Source: Deltaproteobacteria bacterium (GTDB taxonomy: Bacteria; Myxococcota; Kuafuiibacteriia; Kuafuiibacteriales; Kuafuiibacteriaceae). From it: a DNA stretch of 64,000 bases. Made by a program: the position numbers and the translations under genes. The stretch lies in assembly GCA_040218735.1 (NCBI GenBank), contig JAVJQW010000023.1:544001-608000 (forward strand). Direction: 5' to 3'. The first letter of the stretch is position 1; the number at the start of each line of letters is the position of its first letter. Below the pieces are notes generated by a model. The model saw only the letters and a list, made by a program, of their open reading frames with translations. It was not told where the DNA came from and ran no database searches. Of the stretch, positions 1 to 9,900 are shown piece by piece.

Positions 1-1072
1 GAATCTCTTCGGCGAGGAAGCGACGCGGTTGTTCGGCGACGGCAGGCTCGGGCCGCGGCAATGCGGCGGCTGGCGCCGGGCACGGAGCGCAAGGGTCGGA
101 AACCACGGTACGCAGGTCGTACTGAGGCGGGACGCGCGGCACGACCATGAGATCCGGAGCCGCGACCTGCGTGACTTCGTCGATACGTTCGAGCGCCTCG
201 AACGCGCGCACATAGTCATCGACTCGCAGCAACGACAAACCATCGGCGCCGCCCCGGAGCCGCACCTGCTGCGAGGGCGGGAGCCGCGTCGTGATTGGGG
301 CCACGGCCTCCACTCGAACGGTCGCGAGGGCGGACCGCGAGAGGTCGCCAACGTACCGGGCAGCCCCTTCCACGGGCGAAAGGTCATCGTAAGTTGCGAT
401 GAGTCGCCCAAGGTCGCGAACCTGGATGTCGTATCCGAGTACGGTGAGTAGCGCACGTTGATCGTGCGCGATGCCAATGAGCGGACGCTCACCGGCGACA
501 CCGCGGCCGCGGATGGGATGCATCCAGTGGACGAGACGACGGTCGTGGTCGACGGCGGAGACCACCGCGACGCGCTCCACGACGCCCTGCGTGACGGACA
601 CGAGCGTTCCCGGTTCGAATCCTACGCTCTGTTCGACGACGGCACGGTTGGGTCGACTCTCGTGGAGCACCGTCTCCGTCTGATGCCGAACCCGCGATCG
701 AATCGTGACCTCGAGATCGTCGCCGCGCACACCCACGCTCGCGGCCGAGACCTTCCAGACCCGTCCTCCAGCCTCGTCGACCACCCAGCCTTCCGCCGCC
801 GCAGCGCCTTCACCAGCGACCCGCACGATGTAACAACGGCGACCACCGTTGGCGAAGAACGCGCGCACGACCGACGGTAGATAGGCCGCTGGATGGTCGA
901 TGCCGAACTGGCTCTCGAAGTGACGGACGGACTCGATGGCCACAGGGACCGCAACGGGGCCCCGCGTCGCGATCCCCACGAACGCCGCGACGTCCGTGCG
1001 TACGCCCGCGAGCGAATGATCGAGCGCATCGGCGCGCTCGAATCGCACGGACGGTGGGGATAGTGAGACCAC
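1..1072 (-). CDS. Second contractile tail sheath protein of eCIS locus A (3' end outside window; absent from ORF track)
   Basis: Manual translation from GTG at 1072 (GAGG upstream): MVSLSPPSVRFERAD...VRTDVAAFVGIATRGPVAVPVAIESVRHFESQFG...VRAFFANGGRRCYIVRV...LRGGADG...VAAPDLM. These are sheath N-terminal motifs and the frame stays open to base 1. Confidence 0.9.
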   Translation of the reverse strand, partial: MVSLSPPSVRFERADALDHSLAGVRTDVAAFVGIATRGPVAVPVAIESVRHFESQFGIDHPAAYLPSVVRAFFANGGRRCYIVRVAGEGAAAAEGWVVDEAGGRVWKVSAASVGVRGDDLEVTIRSRVRHQTETVLHESRPNRAVVEQSVGFEPGTLVSVTQGVVERVAVVSAVDHDRRLVHWMHPIRGRGVAGERPLIGIAHDQRALLTVLGYDIQVRDLGRLIATYDDLSPVEGAARYVGDLSRSALATVRVEAVAPITTRLPPSQQVRLRGGADGLSLLRVDDYVRAFEALERIDEVTQVAAPDLMVVPRVPPQYDLRTVVSDPCAPCPAPAAALPRPEPAVAEQPRRFLAEEI

Positions 1073-1085
1073 GTCGCGTTCGTCC

Positions 1086-1538
1086 TCACTCGCTGGTCGC
1101 GAGCTCCATCGTTAGACCTTCGTGGCAGAGCTCGATCGTCTCGACGGCGACGTCGTTGCCCGTTGCGTTCAGCGACGGGCCCTCGATCTTGTTCAGCCAC
1201 GCGTTTTCGAAGTTCCAGCGCATGACGGGAACGTGCGCTTCGTTCTTGAGCGTGATGGTCCCGTTGCGACGGTCGTCCAGACCGTTCGCAACGTTCCCGT
1301 ACCAATCCCACATCGTCGTATCGCTGATGTAGCCGCGCTTCAGGGTGATGTTGCTGTACTTACGAAGGCCGACGAGTTTGCGGACCGTATTGGGTCGGTC
1401 CGTCCCTTCGCGGTACTCCACGGGATCACCTTCAGCGGTCAGCCCGCTGACTTCGCTGAACGAACCCACGGTCGTGCCATCGATCTCGACCTCGAAGTTG
1501 TAAGTACGAAAAGGATCTCGTCTCTGATCAGTAGACAT
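1086..1538 (-). CDS. eCIS tail tube protein (T4 gp19/Afp1-like), locus A
   Basis: DPFRTYNFEVEIDG...FSEVSGL...VEYREG...NITLKRG...WNFENAW...GPSLNA...VAVETIELCHEG; lies between two sheath genes. Confidence 0.95.
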   Translation of the reverse strand: MSTDQRRDPFRTYNFEVEIDGTTVGSFSEVSGLTAEGDPVEYREGTDRPNTVRKLVGLRKYSNITLKRGYISDTTMWDWYGNVANGLDDRRNGTITLKNEAHVPVMRWNFENAWLNKIEGPSLNATGNDVAVETIELCHEGLTMELATSE

Positions 1539-1551
1539 TCCGAACTCCTAG

Positions 1552-4500
1552 TTAGGACTCACGATCGGCCGTCCATAGACCGATGCGAATGATGACGTAC
1601 TCGGCGGGCTTGACGATCGCGACGCCGACGTTTGCAACGAGCCGGCCCGCATCGATGTCGGACTGAGTCATGGTCGTGCGATCGCACTTCACGAAGAAGC
1701 CATGCTCCGGTGACGGTCCTTCGAGCGCACCGTTCCGCCACACCACCGTCAAGAAGTTGCGAATGGAACGGCGAACCCGCGCCCAGGTCGGCTCGGAGTT
1801 GGGCTCGAAGACCACCCACTGCAGCCCGCGATCGATCGACTTCTCGAGGAAGATCAGGGTGCGCCGGACATTGACGTACTTGTAGTCCGTGTCGCTCGTG
1901 ATGACGCGTCCGCCCCAGATCCTTATCCCGCGGTTGTTCGGTCGGAAGTCTCGGACCACGTTGATGTTCACGGGCGACGGGTTGAGGATGTCGTGCTCCC
2001 CCCGATCCAACGATCGCGACAGGCCGATGATCCCTCGAACGACCTCGTTCGCCGGCGCCTTGTGCACGCCGCGGTCCTGGTCGGTTCGCGCGTAGACGCC
2101 CATGACGTGACCGCTCGGCGGAATTGCGTAGGGCTCGATGTTGACGACGCTGCTCGGCGTGGGATCCGGGATGAGAAGCCACGGATGGTAGATGGCGGCG
2201 TACCGAGTATCGAACTGTTGCCTCTGGAATCGTACGTCGTTGAGTTGATCGGCCGGGGGCGGCGGACCGTCCAGCACGGCGAAACGATAGCGATCGATCT
2301 CGCAGTGGCTGATCAACGCCTGCTGCACGAGCGGGGTCCGTTGCCCCGGCGCAGCCACGATGCTGATGTCCTGCTCGTTACGAAGGCTGAACAGCCCGGT
2401 GCGCAGTGCGGGCTCGTGATTGTCGAGCCCCACGTACATGGCATCGGTCATCGTCCCCGGCGAGTCGTCACCGTTCGCCAGCGCCAGACGAGCCGGACGC
2501 GACGTACCCGTCGGGAGGAGGTCCCGGAGATTCTCCGGTCCCAAGCGCGTCGAGGTGAGGTCGGCGGGCATGGTCGCAACATCTGCAACGCGGATGTAGG
2601 CCGACTCTCCGGGCGTGCGCCTATCCCAACGACGCAGCTCTTCACCGGGACGAAGCGTGATCGATCCGATGACGTCTACGAAGTATCGGCTGTGCCGTGA
2701 GTCCATCGACAGATGTCGATGCACCTCGGTGTCGAGGACAGTCTCGTCGCGGGTCGGCACCGCGGGATCCGGACGGCGCAGGTACGTCACGATGAGTTGG
2801 AACTCACGTGAGCGCGCTCGAATCGGCGCTCCCGGAGGGGCGCCCGCGAAGGCGGCCGCGTGGGCGACGCCGAGGCCACCGCTGAGGGTGACCGTGCGCG
2901 CCGCACGATCCACGGCCTGCACCTTCAGTAACCCCGCGACGGGAGCGCCGTCGGGCTGAAGGAGCTCCAGGATCGTACCCGGTTCGATACCGGTCACGGT
3001 GGTGAGGTCGATCTGCTGCGTTACGGTGTTCAGCGCCACGAGATCGGCCCGCGAGGCGAGGCCTTCCTCTTCGTCACGAACGCCGATCCGAAGTCGGTCC
3101 CCCCATCGACCTGCGTCGAGCGCCTCGACCGTCATGAGTGGGTCGCGACCGAGCATGGCAGACCCGCGGCCGTGTGAAGCTTCGAGTGTTCTCGTGAGCT
3201 CGATGGTGCCCGCGTTTGCGAACGCCGCCGCTGCGGTCGAGTCCGCGAAGAGGACCCGACCGTCCGGCGTCGTGACCCGAACGATGTCGCCGGCGCCAAG
3301 ACCAGCGACGCCTCCGACGGACAAAGTGGCGGCGTCGGCCCCCTCGTCGAAGAGGAGAGCGGCGACGGCGTGGTTGGCCACTCGGAAGGGCGGCATCAAC
3401 ACCTCGACGGCAGCGGCAGCGTGCGCGTGCTGCAGAGGTGTCATCAGTACGACGTTGCCCGGATCGTTGGGGGCGCTTCGATCCCCCGGGACGTCGAGGA
3501 CGACGACGTACTCCGCGAGCGGACCCACGTCGACCTCGAGAACGTCTCCGGCCCGAAGGTCCTCGCGGTTATCGAGAGGCAAGACACTCGCGCCCGCCGT
3601 CACGTTTCCAACGACGTTCCTCGGGGCACGCGTAATGGGGTTCGTCGCGATGAGTCCCGCGGGGAGCGCGGCAAACTCGAGCTCGTTGGTGAACGGATGG
3701 ACGCGAGTCACCTCGATGGGTGGGTTCGCGCCGAGTCGCAGCATCATCCCCTCGCGAGCGCCCACGACACTCTCGGTCTGAACGCGGTTGCCGATCGGCG
3801 CCGCGGTAATGGTTCGGCTGAACTGAACCACTTCCGCGACCGAGCCTGCTGGGCACGACACGCCGAGCGGAGCATCGAGGGTGACGCTCCCCGGGGTCGC
3901 CCACATGATCCGCTCCGTGCCGATCTCGATGTAGGTTCCCGCGGGGGGTAGCAGAGGGGAGAAGACGATCGGGTCGCCGGGGTTGGCGTCGAGGTCGAGG
4001 TTGATCGGTGCCGTGACGGGCGCGAGCGTGTTGACGACCTCGACGTTCGCTCCGATCGGGTACGGGAGATGGAGTGGCTCGTCGAGCGTGAGTCGAAACT
4101 CGTCGACGACACCGGTCGGGGCAGCGTCGGTCGCGGTCCGGATCTCTTTGCGTCCCGCCGGTCCGACCGCGACGACATCATTCGCCGCGAGCCCAGCGCG
4201 CCGGACGACGATTTCGTTCGCGCCTGCGTCGACCGCCGCTCCGAGGGCGCCGCCCGCGCCCGGCGCGGCGTAGGTTCGAGCCCGAATGGGCGTCCCCGAC
4301 GCGTGAGCCCTCTGAAGCGGGAACATCAAACCCACGTGGCGGGCGGGCCCGGGCGCGCTCGCCACCTGGTGGTACTCCGTGCGGCTCCCGTCGTGGATGC
4401 GGACCCAAGTGTTGGCCGCAGCCGAGGTCGTGTCGGTCACGTACAACAGCGGCGCAAAGCCCGCGGCGCCGGTATCACGCGCCGCCGGCCGGAGTAGCCT

Positions 4501-4854
4501 CGTTTCTACCGCGTCGCCGGTACGGGCGTGCAGCATTCGTCCAGCGTGCCTCGCGTTCTGCGGGAGCACGCGGGTCACGAACATGCGTCGGCCGCGATTC
4601 GTGAAGAAGCCTTCGACGGCGTGCGGCGTGTACGAATGCCGTACGCCGCGAAGATCCACGAAGTCATCCGCGTCGAGCGTTCCCCCGAAGACACGCTGAT
4701 AAGCGGCGTAGCTGGTGACGAGCACCGGGATGTCGACCGGACCGCGCTCGGTCACGCCCACGACACCCGCCGTGCTCGTGCTGACACCCTCGATGGGACG
4801 GTTACCTGTATCGACTTCTTCGACGTAGACGCCGGGGGCCAAGTACTCAGCCAT
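1552..4854 (-). CDS. eCIS tail sheath protein with very large internal insertion (1100 aa), locus A
   Basis: N-terminal MAEYLAPGVYVEEVDTGNRPIEGVSTSTAG; C-terminal RGVHKAPANE, WGGR, YVNVRR, WVVFEPN, KPAEYVIIRI. Confidence 0.95.
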   Translation of the reverse strand: MAEYLAPGVYVEEVDTGNRPIEGVSTSTAGVVGVTERGPVDIPVLVTSYAAYQRVFGGTLDADDFVDLRGVRHSYTPHAVEGFFTNRGRRMFVTRVLPQNARHAGRMLHARTGDAVETRLLRPAARDTGAAGFAPLLYVTDTTSAAANTWVRIHDGSRTEYHQVASAPGPARHVGLMFPLQRAHASGTPIRARTYAAPGAGGALGAAVDAGANEIVVRRAGLAANDVVAVGPAGRKEIRTATDAAPTGVVDEFRLTLDEPLHLPYPIGANVEVVNTLAPVTAPINLDLDANPGDPIVFSPLLPPAGTYIEIGTERIMWATPGSVTLDAPLGVSCPAGSVAEVVQFSRTITAAPIGNRVQTESVVGAREGMMLRLGANPPIEVTRVHPFTNELEFAALPAGLIATNPITRAPRNVVGNVTAGASVLPLDNREDLRAGDVLEVDVGPLAEYVVVLDVPGDRSAPNDPGNVVLMTPLQHAHAAAAVEVLMPPFRVANHAVAALLFDEGADAATLSVGGVAGLGAGDIVRVTTPDGRVLFADSTAAAAFANAGTIELTRTLEASHGRGSAMLGRDPLMTVEALDAGRWGDRLRIGVRDEEEGLASRADLVALNTVTQQIDLTTVTGIEPGTILELLQPDGAPVAGLLKVQAVDRAARTVTLSGGLGVAHAAAFAGAPPGAPIRARSREFQLIVTYLRRPDPAVPTRDETVLDTEVHRHLSMDSRHSRYFVDVIGSITLRPGEELRRWDRRTPGESAYIRVADVATMPADLTSTRLGPENLRDLLPTGTSRPARLALANGDDSPGTMTDAMYVGLDNHEPALRTGLFSLRNEQDISIVAAPGQRTPLVQQALISHCEIDRYRFAVLDGPPPPADQLNDVRFQRQQFDTRYAAIYHPWLLIPDPTPSSVVNIEPYAIPPSGHVMGVYARTDQDRGVHKAPANEVVRGIIGLSRSLDRGEHDILNPSPVNINVVRDFRPNNRGIRIWGGRVITSDTDYKYVNVRRTLIFLEKSIDRGLQWVVFEPNSEPTWARVRRSIRNFLTVVWRNGALEGPSPEHGFFVKCDRTTMTQSDIDAGRLVANVGVAIVKPAEYVIIRIGLWTADRES

Positions 4855-4890
4855 GAACGTTACTCCCTCGATCGAGCTCGACGCGCGTCT

Positions 4891-6051
4891 TCACCGCGAC
4901 ACCACGTCGACCCTTTGTTCAGCTCGCCCGTACGCGGGCGTCGTGACGATGTTCAGAGGCCCCGGGAGACTTCCTCCCGAGAAACGAATTGTTAGACGGG
5001 CCACGCGTGAGATCGGCGGGAGCGCGTAGCGCCCACGCATGCTCGTCGTGGCGGAGAAGAGGGACGCGCGCCGGAACTCCGGCGCCGCGGCGCCGCCGAA
5101 GACTTCGATCCACTGGCCGGCGCCCACGCCAGCGACGGCGTCGAGAAACAGGGTGGCGTCACCGGAGTGGACCTCTCTCGTGACCATTCGCGTCGGCACA
5201 CCTGGAGCGAGGCGAGCGGCGGGGCGCGCCACGGTGCCTTCGCGGTGCACGTGGACCAGCGGGTGGTCGAGGCGCACGGTCTGCGGGCCCGCGACGGGAC
5301 CGACGCCCTCGATCGCAGCGACGGTCACGACTTCCTCCCGATCGGGGTGACCCGGTTCGAACACCAGCGGCTCGCCCACGACGACGCCAACGGCGTTCTC
5401 CAAGTCGATGCGCTCCTCGCCGATCTCCGCATCCTCGACGAGCCGCTTGTCGGCGACGGGGTTTGGCGCGAAACCGCGGGGACGAACCTGTGCGCCGACC
5501 GACCGATCCCGAGCGAGCGGTTGATGCAGCGTGATGAGGTTCGGCACGAGAGGAGCCCCCGTCGTGCTCGGCTCGTCCAGCCAGATCTCGGTGACTCGAA
5601 CGCTCGCGCCGACGACAGGGATGTCGCCGACCGGGAGTCGCCGCACGACGATACCGCTGATGCGTACGGGAGCACGGTGGAGGAGTCGGACGCCAAGGTC
5701 GACGGCGTTGAACACCGCCGGGTAGCCGGGGATCGGTCCGAGCGTCGCGGTGAGCTCACGACCGATGTAACCCGAAGCCTCCACCCGTAGGTGCAAGGGC
5801 GCCCCGGCTGCGGCGAGGTCGCCGAATCGGCGGAGCGGCTGCGCGACGAGCCCGATCAACCCATCCGGTCCGAGGCGCGGCGCGACGTCCGGCGTCAGCG
5901 TGGAGAGGCGTAGCGGCGTAGCGGGCTGTCGACCGGTGACCTCGTCGACGATTCGCGTCGTCAAGATTGCCTGGACCGCTGCGCTGCCCGTCGGGAGCGC
6001 GTCCGTGACGAATCGATACCGATCCGTCCCGACCGTCTCGATGCGCGTCAC
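4891..6051 (-). CDS. eCIS accessory protein (prealbumin/carboxypeptidase-regulatory-like beta domains plus sheath-like insert repeats), ~386 aa
   Basis: Likely start is GTG at 6051 overlapping the Pvc16 stop (GTGA); the longer track ORF to 6666 overlaps Pvc16. Shares IVDxxTGR and VEAxGY motifs with the positional equivalent at 60735-61328. Confidence 0.7.
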   Translation of the reverse strand: MTRIETVGTDRYRFVTDALPTGSAAVQAILTTRIVDEVTGRQPATPLRLSTLTPDVAPRLGPDGLIGLVAQPLRRFGDLAAAGAPLHLRVEASGYIGRELTATLGPIPGYPAVFNAVDLGVRLLHRAPVRISGIVVRRLPVGDIPVVGASVRVTEIWLDEPSTTGAPLVPNLITLHQPLARDRSVGAQVRPRGFAPNPVADKRLVEDAEIGEERIDLENAVGVVVGEPLVFEPGHPDREEVVTVAAIEGVGPVAGPQTVRLDHPLVHVHREGTVARPAARLAPGVPTRMVTREVHSGDATLFLDAVAGVGAGQWIEVFGGAAAPEFRRASLFSATTSMRGRYALPPISRVARLTIRFSGGSLPGPLNIVTTPAYGRAEQRVDVVSR

Positions 6052-6653
6052 GGGAGTCGCTCCGCGACGCCGGTTTCGACCGAAGCGCTCCGCACGGGCG
6101 GAACGGGTTGGAGCGGGCGATGCGAGTCGACGAGGACGACGCTCACCTCGTAGGAGACGCAGAGTTGGTACGGGCGCTCCAGGGCGTCCCATACACGCGT
6201 GATCTCCTCGACACCGTGGGACTCCAGGCGAACGGTCAGGCGCGCACCCGTCCCCGCGAAGTCGTCGCGCAGCAGCGCGCCCTCGACGATCGGGATGTCG
6301 TGGAACGTTTGGAGCACGCGCCCCATCAATGCTTGCTCCATCTCCACGGCCCGGTTGCCGTCCGCCAACGGCGTGATCAGGTAGTGCAGGCGTAGCGGGA
6401 GCGGTGCGCGTTGCTCGCGATCGAGACCGACGCGTGTCGGTGACATGTTGAGACGCTGTTCGTCGCGGACGATTCGGTAGAGCCACAGTGAGATGCCGGT
6501 GTCGCCCGCGGTCAGCATCTCTTGGGGAGTCGCGAGGTTCACCGTCATCCCACCGCCAGCGACGAAGGACGGAGCGAGCAGCGGCGTGGCTGCGAACTCG
6601 CTTCGGAGGAGCCCCCGCAGCGTCAGACTCGTGGCGCGAAGCGCAGTGAACAC
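6048..6653 (-). CDS. Pvc16/Afp16-like tail terminator/cap (DUF4255 family), locus A
   Basis: ISLWLYRIVRDEQRLN...PLRLHYLITP...EQALMGRVLQTFHDIP...RVWDALERPYQLCVSYEVSVV, typical of the Pvc16 N-terminal domain; first structural gene of the operon. Confidence 0.9.
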   Translation of the reverse strand: MFTALRATSLTLRGLLRSEFAATPLLAPSFVAGGGMTVNLATPQEMLTAGDTGISLWLYRIVRDEQRLNMSPTRVGLDREQRAPLPLRLHYLITPLADGNRAVEMEQALMGRVLQTFHDIPIVEGALLRDDFAGTGARLTVRLESHGVEEITRVWDALERPYQLCVSYEVSVVLVDSHRPLQPVPPVRSASVETGVAERLP

Positions 6654-6662
6654 ACGACCTCC

Positions 6663-6914
6663 TCACCTTGGATCGCGACGAGCGAGAAAGAGCGTCTCAC
6701 CGTCCAGACCTTCGCGCGCCTCGAGCAGCCCCGCGTCGGCGAGCGCATCGACGGCGCTCTGAAGCTGTTCGAACGTGACCCGGTGACGGAGGCGTCGAGG
6801 CAGCCACCAATCGTGAATGCCCTGGAGGGTGTCGGCCGCGCGCGGGTTCGCGGCGACGTGCGATCGGATCGCATCCTCGACCTCCGCGACCGCCTTGTCG
6901 TCAGGAACGCCCAC
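6663..6914 (-). CDS. Small winged-helix-like protein heading eCIS locus A (83 aa)
   Basis: AADTLQGIHDWWL...LQSAVDALADAGLLEAR, helix-helix-wing pattern; its 3' end carries the GGAGG site in front of Pvc16. Confidence 0.65.
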   Translation of the reverse strand: MGVPDDKAVAEVEDAIRSHVAANPRAADTLQGIHDWWLPRRLRHRVTFEQLQSAVDALADAGLLEAREGLDGETLFLARRDPR

Positions 6915-6934
6915 ACGATTCGAGGCGACGTCTC

Positions 6935-6950
6935 TACAAGGCGCGCGCCA
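6935..6950 (-). promoter_or_regulatory. Possible sigma54 promoter for locus A (imperfect -12 element)
   Basis: TGGCGCGCGCCTTGTA: TGGC and TTG correctly spaced but GT instead of GC at -12; 20 nt before the GTG at 6914. Confidence 0.35.
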
Positions 6951-6982
6951 CGATCGAGCTCGCCGTCAAACGGCCGACTTCA

Positions 6983-9900
6983 TTGATCGAAGCCTCGAAT
7001 CCGCCTTCGGACACCGGGTCCCTGCGGACCCAACTGGGTCATGAGCGACCCACCCCATCGCCGACGAACGCGGCGCCCTCCGCTGGCATCTGCGATGCAG
7101 CGACGCGCGACGTGGGCGATCGACCGCACCGTGAGCATCTGCCGGCGCGCCGACCCCGCCGACGACCCGCGCCATCGGCGGCGACACCGCGTCCCACGAT
7201 GGCGCCTCCCTGCCCCTGCGCGTCCTGTACGAGCAAACGCGCGCAGCGCGCAGCGGCCGACGGCGTACGAGGTGCCGAGCGGTCGCTACCGCACCTGAGC
7301 CGAGTGCAGGCTGCGTTCGGCCCGCATGATCTGTCGGACGTGCGCGCGAAGGTCGGTGAGACGCCGACGACGCGGCTTCTTTCCGCGCACGCCTTCACCG
7401 CGAACAACCGAGTCGCCTTCGCGCGCGAACCGAATCTTCGACTCGCTGCACACGAGGCTGCGCACGTGGTTCAGCAACGCGCCGGCGTCGTCCCCGCGGG
7501 GCTCGGACGCCGCAACGATCGGTGGGAGCGACACGCCGACGCGGTCGCAAATGCCGTGGCCGGCGGGCGTTCGGCGACGCCCCTGCTCTCGGGACTTCCG
7601 CGCCGAGCTCCATCGAAGGACGCCGTGCAGCGTGAACACGAAGGCGGCACGGACACCGACCTCGGCGCGGTCGTCGACCGAATGGTCGCAGCGTACCGCA
7701 CGGGCGACGTCGCCGATGTCGCGGCGGAGCTTCAAGGCAAGAGCGTCACGCAGCTGCGGTTGATGCGAAGCCTGTTCGACGAGAACGCGAGCGCCGACCT
7801 CGCCCGATGGTTCGCATCCCGGACGAGCTCGACGACCGCGAGCACGATCGCAACGGTCGCGGGGGTCATCCTCGGAACGCTCCCGGGGGCGACGTTGCTC
7901 GCGCCCCTGATTCCTCTTGGAACGACGATGGTCGTGCAGTCGGGCGCGTCCGATCGAGCCGCTGCGGAGACCGGCTTGAGACGACTCTGGCCGGCGCTGC
8001 CGCTGATCGATCGCCTCGAGATCTACATGAACCAGTTCACGGAGATCGAGCAGGCACAGCTCGACATCATCCGATCGGCGAGCGCGGAGGAACGCAGCAC
8101 TGCACGGCGTGAGTACGCGCGACTGCTCGCGGTCTACGCGGCGATGTCGCCCGCCGAGGAGTACGAAGCCCGCAAGCTGATGGACCCCGACGACATGGAG
8201 TTCTCGGTCGGCCGGCTGATCGTTCGTGCGTCGGGTTTCTTCATGGACGATGAAGATCCGGTCTTCGACGCATTCATGGATCTCACACGCACGCAGCGCG
8301 AGTCTGTTTGGCGGACGCACAACGGCGGACTGTATCGACTGCTCAGCCTGCAGAGGTTCAACCTCCTCCAGACACTGGTCCACGGCACGGAAGCCGAGGC
8401 GCTCGTCGCGCGACTTCGCCTCGCCACCGACAACCGCATGGATGACATGGACGCCGTCGGGCGGGTGGTCGAGCGGGCGCGGCATCTCCTGCGTGAGCAA
8501 GCCACCTTGCGCGCTCAGATTGCGTCCGAGTCCCTGTCCGGCCCGGACCTAACGGCGGCCAACGCGCGCCTGCGCCAGCTCGGAGAGCTGGAGTCACTGC
8601 TCGAGGTCGAGCGAACGTCGGAAGGAGACATCGACACCACGACGTTCATGGGTCGGCTCTACCAAGCGTCCGGCTCCGGAGATCAGTTCGGCACGTGGGC
8701 GCGTTCGCTCGGTGCCGATCCGGAGGAGATCGCCAAACAGCGAATCATCGCGGCCTCCGGAGCCTTCGTGGACGCCTCGGCGATCCAGCGGGCTCTCATG
8801 GACATCCAGGTGCAGCTCGAGCCCGGTCCACCGGACGAGACCCCTGCGCAGCTCCAGATACGACAGCGCCGGGCGAACAACGATGCGCGGACTCGCGTCC
8901 TCGAGGACACACGAGTGCAAGCCATCTTGCGGAGGCTCGGCCACCAGGGGCCATCCGGAGGTGGCGAGCTCGCCGACGTTCGGCGTTTGGCGGGCGCGAC
9001 CCGATACGACGAGCTCGTGAGCGAGTTCGACGAGGCGCGGCGCGCGCTCAGATGGTCTCAGATGTACCGGGCGACCCTGGAGATCGCTCAGACGGACGCG
9101 TACCGATCGCAGTTTCGGACGGACTCGCGACAAGCGTGGTCGGCCTACTCCTGGCTCAACGGCGCACGCAAGGACATCGTCGACCGGATCCTCGACACGC
9201 GGCGGATCCCGATCAACCTCGTCCTCGAGTCGACGGGCAACGTCGAGTCTCTCCAGGCGATCCTCAGCACGCTCGACGAACGAACGCGCGGAGAGCTTCG
9301 CTTGGGGTACTGGCTGGACCGAACGGAGCGCACCCCCGCCGACGACACGCAGCGCACCGCGCTCACGGCGTTCCGCGACTTCGAGAGACGCGTGCGCGCT
9401 TCGCAGTCCTTGGGCGTGGCGAGTGTCGAAATCGAAACCGCGGCAGGCACCGTGAGCCGCTCGGGCGTTCAGGACATCCTCGATGCCGCGTTGGGCGCCG
9501 CCCCGACGGAGGAGGAGATGGACTCCGACGAGGGCCGATTCCGCGCGGCGGAGCTGCTCTACCATCGACAGCGCGAGCGCCTCGCGCTGCGACGCGGTCT
9601 TGCGGCCGCCTTCTCGGAGACCGACGAAACGATGGTCGCCGCAGCGCGAGAGTTCGCAGCGCTATGGCTTCGCATCGAGGGCACGGGCCGGGTATCGACC
9701 ACGAACTTCGCCGCCCTGTCGCGACTGCACGAGCGGTTCGAAGGTCGCGCGAGAGAGTTCGACGAGGCGAACAATCGAATCGGCGAGATCGCCGGGATCG
9801 TCGCGTCCACGGTCGCGGCGCTGGTGGTCGTCGCCGCGACGGGCGGCGCCGCCACGGTACCCGCGATCGCCGCCGCTGCGGCGGCCGGCGCGAGCGGACG

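Noticed and set aside
622-1311. 229-aa minus-strand ORF after the tube gene
   Set aside because: Wrong frame; the frame starting at 1072 gives clear sheath motifs.
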